Assembly: GCA_002716485.1 (NCBI GenBank)
Contig: PBBE01000015.1
Location: 1-58,922, forward strand
Direction of reading: 5' to 3'
Source of the DNA: Actinomycetota bacterium
Lineage (GTDB): Bacteria > Margulisbacteria > Marinamargulisbacteria > GCA-2716485
DNA length: 58,922 bases
Made by a program: the position numbers and the translations under genes. The notes below the pieces were generated by a model. It saw nothing but the letters and a program-made list of their open reading frames with translations, made no database searches and was not told where the DNA came from. Shown here in pieces: positions 55,157 to 58,922 of this stretch. Numbering within the stretch: the first letter of the stretch is position 1; each line of letters opens with the position of its first letter.

Positions 55157-56566
55157 ATGAGTATAAAAATTAAAACGCCACTACGACATATCTTAATCGC
55201 CCGACATGATGCCATCGGTGACTTGATCTTAACCTTACCGGCTATTGCGGCTATCAAATCTCATTTTCCCGATACTAAAATCACTGTCATGACCACCGCA
55301 TATAATCGTGATATTATTGCGCATTTACCCTATATTGATGAGATTCTTGTCAAACCCGCCACTCATTCATTCCCTCTATTTATCCAATTTGTAAAACAAC
55401 TAAGATCGTTAAAAGTTGATTTAATGATTCACTTTAGAATGACCACGGAAGTGGCTTGGGCGGGATTTTTTGGGGCTCGTCATAATATTGGAGATAAATC
55501 CTTATTGGGTCTATGGCCTATTTTTCGACGATACGGTGTTTTTTATCGCAACCATAACCGTATGAATCATGTCTCTGAATACAATGGGATTTTATTAAAG
55601 TCATTAGGGATTTCATCTCGTGATTGTCAGGAACTAGCCTACACACCGCCGCCAGGGGCTATCCCCCTTGCCAAACGATTACTTGCTTCTTTGGGACCTC
55701 GAAAAAACATCCCATTAATTTGTATTCATATTGGCGTTGGATTTGGAAATCGACCGATTCGAGCCAATAAATATGTCGAATACATTCACTTACTTCGCTC
55801 CCAAATGGATGTTGATATTTACTTAAGTTGTTATACCGATGCTGAGATTGCCGTCTGCAAAGAGATACAATCTCAAGTAAAAGGTCCACTATTAACCGCT
55901 TATCGCCAACCCATTCAAACCTATATAGGGCTTCTTTCCCTCATGGATTTATTTGTGAGTGTTGATACCGGCCCCTTTCATTTGGCAGCGGCATTAAAGA
56001 TACCGCAATTGGCCATTTTTCCTTCAAAAAAAGTCAAACCCTTAAGTTGGGGCCCTTTTCGAAACCGCCATTTGATTTGTCGTAACCCCTATCAATGCCA
56101 CCATGACTGCCCACACCAACAGTGCCCTTATGATATCTGCTCTGATGATATTTCAGTCATTGATATGGTCAATAAGACCCAAGCATTATTAAAAGGGGAG
56201 GGAGTTAGCCAACAATTGGAACAGCGTGAATATTGGGCCCAACATAGTTTATCTATTTTGGTTCTCTATGACGAAAAGACCGAAGATCAAGCCAGGCAAT
56301 TTTATCAGCAACTTCAATCCTGGTCCTTTGTGAGCTTTATTTCCCACGTAACTAAGCCCGACCTATATCCCTTTGCCCGTCAACGTGACATTAGCGTGAT
56401 CCATAACTTTTCGGGTAAAAGACGGGGGCGACTCTTTTGGATGACCCAACGCCTTATTTCGACTCTCTTTTTTAGTCCTTTGCTTATTCATGGCCCCCAT
56501 TCTTATGAAAGCTTAACTGAACTGATGGCGACTTATCAACGCCAATATGGAAAAAAGCTCCTTTAA
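55157..56566 (+). CDS. Family 9 glycosyltransferase (heptosyltransferase-like) with a C-terminal extension
   Basis: ILIARHDAIGDLILTLPAI and LFVSVDTGPFHLAAALKIPQLAIF are GT9 hallmarks. At 469 aa it is about 120 aa longer than typical. Confidence 0.75.
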   Translation: MSIKIKTPLRHILIARHDAIGDLILTLPAIAAIKSHFPDTKITVMTTAYNRDIIAHLPYIDEILVKPATHSFPLFIQFVKQLRSLKVDLMIHFRMTTEVAWAGFFGARHNIGDKSLLGLWPIFRRYGVFYRNHNRMNHVSEYNGILLKSLGISSRDCQELAYTPPPGAIPLAKRLLASLGPRKNIPLICIHIGVGFGNRPIRANKYVEYIHLLRSQMDVDIYLSCYTDAEIAVCKEIQSQVKGPLLTAYRQPIQTYIGLLSLMDLFVSVDTGPFHLAAALKIPQLAIFPSKKVKPLSWGPFRNRHLICRNPYQCHHDCPHQQCPYDICSDDISVIDMVNKTQALLKGEGVSQQLEQREYWAQHSLSILVLYDEKTEDQARQFYQQLQSWSFVSFISHVTKPDLYPFARQRDISVIHNFSGKRRGRLFWMTQRLISTLFFSPLLIHGPHSYESLTELMATYQRQYGKKLL

Positions 56567-56652
56567 TTGAAGACGCCTCATTGCCATAAGCGATCATTGA
56601 CATGTTTAACTTTCGCGATTCCAGGGTACTTCTTTTATAAGGAGTCTCTAAG

Positions 56653-58011
56653 ATGCGATTACTTCGCTTGTGTACCCTCATGGTTTATTTTTTATTTGCC
56701 AGTTCACTTTTGGCCAATCAAACGGCCAGTACGCTTCGTATTAAAGGGGCTATTGGGCCTGCGGTGGCTGACTATATTGAACGGGGGATCCACCATGCTA
56801 TTGAGCAAGACCATAAATTTGTAATTATTAGCATTGATACGCCGGGCGGCTTAGATAAGGCCATGCGGCATATTATTAAATCTATTTTAGCTTCACCAAT
56901 TCCAATTGTTTCCTATGTCAGTCCCCAAGGGGCCAGAGCGGCCAGTGCCGGGACTTATATCTTATATGCCAGCCATATTGCGGCCATGTCTCCAGCCACT
57001 AATTTAGGGGCGGCCACCCCCGTTAGCATGATGGGGGATTCGCCAAGAAAATCACCCCTATCCCCATCTACAAGCACAGATAATACTCAGATTGCCGGAT
57101 CGGCAATGGAAAAAAAAGTCATTAACGATGCTATTGCTTATATCAAAAGTCTTGCCATACTTCGAAACCGAAATCAAGAGTGGGCCATTCAAGCTGTTAA
57201 AGAAGGGGTCAGTCTTTCCTCCAAAGAGGCTCTGGATCAAGGGGTGATCACACTGATTGCGACGGATATTAATGACTTACTTAGACAATTAAACCAACGC
57301 CAATGCCAAGTCGGTGATCAACTGGTCACGTTCAATACCGATAACCTAAGCGTAATTCCTATTTCACCTGACTTTAGGACCCGCTTTTTAGAAATCATTA
57401 CCAACCCTGAAGTGGCCTATCTCTTACTCTTACTAGGTGCCTATGGGCTGTTTTTTGAATTTTCTAACCCTGGCTTTATTTTACCCGGAATCATTGGGAG
57501 TATTAGTCTCATTGTGGCCCTTTATGCAATCCAGCTTCTCCCGATAAATTATGCGGGCATGTCCTTAATGCTCTTGGGCCTTTCACTATTAATTACCGAA
57601 GGATTTGTGCCGAGCTTTGGGATTTTGGGAATTGGTGGCACTGTGGCATTCGTGCTTGGCTCTATTTTCTTTATTGATCCGAGCATGGGCGGTACCGCGA
57701 TTGGCTGGCCAGTGATTCTGGGTGTTAGCATTCTAAATATCCTATTTTTTATGGTGATAATAAGAGTCACTATTAAGGCCTTTCGACAGAAAGTGATCAC
57801 CGGTAAACAAGACCTCATCGGTCAAAATGCTGAGGCGATTTCCAATATTGGTCCTAAAGGCTATGTAAAAGTCTTTGGTGAAGCATGGAAATCTCAATCT
57901 AATCAGTCCATAAAAAAGGGAGATAAAGTCAAAATCAAAGCTGTGGACGGCCTGACTTTAACCGTAGAACCAGCGGATCTACCCCATTTAACTAAGGAGG
58001 ACTCATCATGA
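56653..58011 (+). CDS. NfeD-family membrane-bound ClpP-class serine protease
   Basis: It has a signal or anchor segment, a ClpP-like domain ([11 protein letters not shown]...[16 protein letters not shown]), TM segments and a C-terminal OB-fold ([17 protein letters not shown]). It overlaps the stomatin gene by 4 nt. Confidence 0.85.
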   Translation: MRLLRLCTLMVYFLFASSLLANQTASTLRIKGAIGPAVADYIERGIHHAIEQDHKFVIISIDTPGGLDKAMRHIIKSILASPIPIVSYVSPQGARAASAGTYILYASHIAAMSPATNLGAATPVSMMGDSPRKSPLSPSTSTDNTQIAGSAMEKKVINDAIAYIKSLAILRNRNQEWAIQAVKEGVSLSSKEALDQGVITLIATDINDLLRQLNQRQCQVGDQLVTFNTDNLSVIPISPDFRTRFLEIITNPEVAYLLLLLGAYGLFFEFSNPGFILPGIIGSISLIVALYAIQLLPINYAGMSLMLLGLSLLITEGFVPSFGILGIGGTVAFVLGSIFFIDPSMGGTAIGWPVILGVSILNILFFMVIIRVTIKAFRQKVITGKQDLIGQNAEAISNIGPKGYVKVFGEAWKSQSNQSIKKGDKVKIKAVDGLTLTVEPADLPHLTKEDSS

Positions 58012-58784
58012 GTAGTTATTTATTTTTAGCCTTAATCGTATTGTTTATTTCATCTGCCATTCGGATCTTACCTGAATATGAGCGAGGGGTTATTTTTACC
58101 CTGGGGCGCTTTTCAAAAGTCTCTGGTCCAGGATTAATTATTGTGATTCCAATTATCCAACGAATGACCCGGGTCGACCTTCGAATTATTGTACTCGATG
58201 TTCCTACCCAAGATGTGATTTCTAAAGATAATATTTCGGTTCAAGTGAATGCTGTTTTATATTTTAGAGTCATGGATCCTGAAAAAGCCATTATTCAAGT
58301 TGAAAACTATATGCAAGCCACGAGTCAACTGGCCCAAACGACCCTTCGATCTGTCTTGGGTCAACATGAGCTAGATGACATGTTAACGGAACGTGAAAAA
58401 CTAAATATGGCCATCCAAACCATTGTGGACGAACAAACGGATAACTGGGGAGTCAAAGTGACCAATGTAGAAATTAAGCATATTGATTTGGATGAAAGCA
58501 TGATTCGTGTCATTGCCAAACAAGCTGAAGCTGAACGGAACCGACGGGCTAAAATTATTCATGCCGATGGCGAGCTGCAGGCCTCGAAAGCCCTTTTAGA
58601 AGCCTCGAAAATCTTAGCCTCTGAGCCTCAGGCATTACAACTGCGGTACTTGCAAACGGTGTCATCTATTTCCGAAAAAAACTCGACCATTATTTTCCCT
58701 ATTCCCATTGATATCCTGACACCCTTTAAGAAATTTTTAAATAAGGTTCAAAATGCTGACCCCAAAGAGGGGCTTGACGCTTGA
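58008..58784 (+). CDS. SPFH/stomatin (band 7, slipin) family protein
   Basis: [16 protein letters not shown]...GPGLIIVIP...[24 protein letters not shown] is the canonical prokaryotic stomatin sequence. It is operonic with nfeD. Confidence 0.9.
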   Translation: MSSYLFLALIVLFISSAIRILPEYERGVIFTLGRFSKVSGPGLIIVIPIIQRMTRVDLRIIVLDVPTQDVISKDNISVQVNAVLYFRVMDPEKAIIQVENYMQATSQLAQTTLRSVLGQHELDDMLTEREKLNMAIQTIVDEQTDNWGVKVTNVEIKHIDLDESMIRVIAKQAEAERNRRAKIIHADGELQASKALLEASKILASEPQALQLRYLQTVSSISEKNSTIIFPIPIDILTPFKKFLNKVQNADPKEGLDA

Positions 58785-58922
58785 TATCGGTTGACTTGAT
58801 GTCCTTAACACTAAAAGGGATGCCAAGTATCATCATTACTAGAAAGCAGCGGTGACGGGGGTAAAAATCCCTGCTTGATTCCTAAAACATAATAATCTTG
58901 AACTTCTCGATGAACCCCTATC

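Noticed and set aside
1-58922. Search for CRISPR arrays, IS elements, transposases, integrases, prophage genes and rRNA
   Set aside because: I saw no regularly spaced direct repeats, no terminal inverted repeats flanking ORFs, and no DDE or tyrosine-recombinase-like proteins in the ORF track. None is reported.

Overview
A 58.9 kb chromosomal segment from a moderately AT-rich Gram-negative bacterium. Supporting genes are a TolC-like/RND efflux pair, a GT9 heptosyltransferase, succinyl-branch DapD and an NfeD-stomatin pair. I cannot assign a taxon from sequence alone. There are about 50 protein-coding genes, 2 tRNAs (Ser-UGA, Asn-GUU), and no rRNA, CRISPR array, IS element, transposase or integrase.

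Recognisable housekeeping genes: COG0523 GTPase, radical SAM enzyme, two type II glutamine synthetases, an isocitrate lyase/malate synthase-like operon, nrdA, ferritin, queD, carboxynorspermidine dehydrogenase/decarboxylase, dapD, mfd, typA, a YjeF_N epimerase, a comF-like gene and a GT9 transferase. Between them lie orphan or eukaryote-like, probably secreted proteins: an RNI-type LRR protein, an ankyrin-like protein, a 936 aa AT-rich repeat protein, a very acidic protein, a proline-rich protein and a 983 aa LruC-domain protein.

Observations most worth follow-up:
1. A bipartite DNA motif, ATTTMAATGTTTA-N14-TGGGAAK, occurs with identical spacing upstream of three genes for secreted or orphan proteins.
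2. The isocitrate lyase and malate synthase-like genes are translationally coupled. Both proteins carry long N-terminal extensions that lack acidic residues and are rich in Arg and Ser.
3. Several genes are disrupted: the nrdA 5' end, an in-frame TAA in a very compact mfd, a triple-frameshifted CCxxHD (phospholipase A2-like) gene, and an LruC C-terminal remnant. Several of these lesions sit in homopolymer runs, so the cause is either ongoing gene decay or homopolymer sequencing error.
4. An outer-membrane factor and an RND pump are adjacent with no periplasmic adaptor gene.
5. A polytopic membrane protein with a histidine-repeat tail lies convergent to a COG0523 metallochaperone.

All functional calls rest on motifs I recognise by eye. 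No database search was run.
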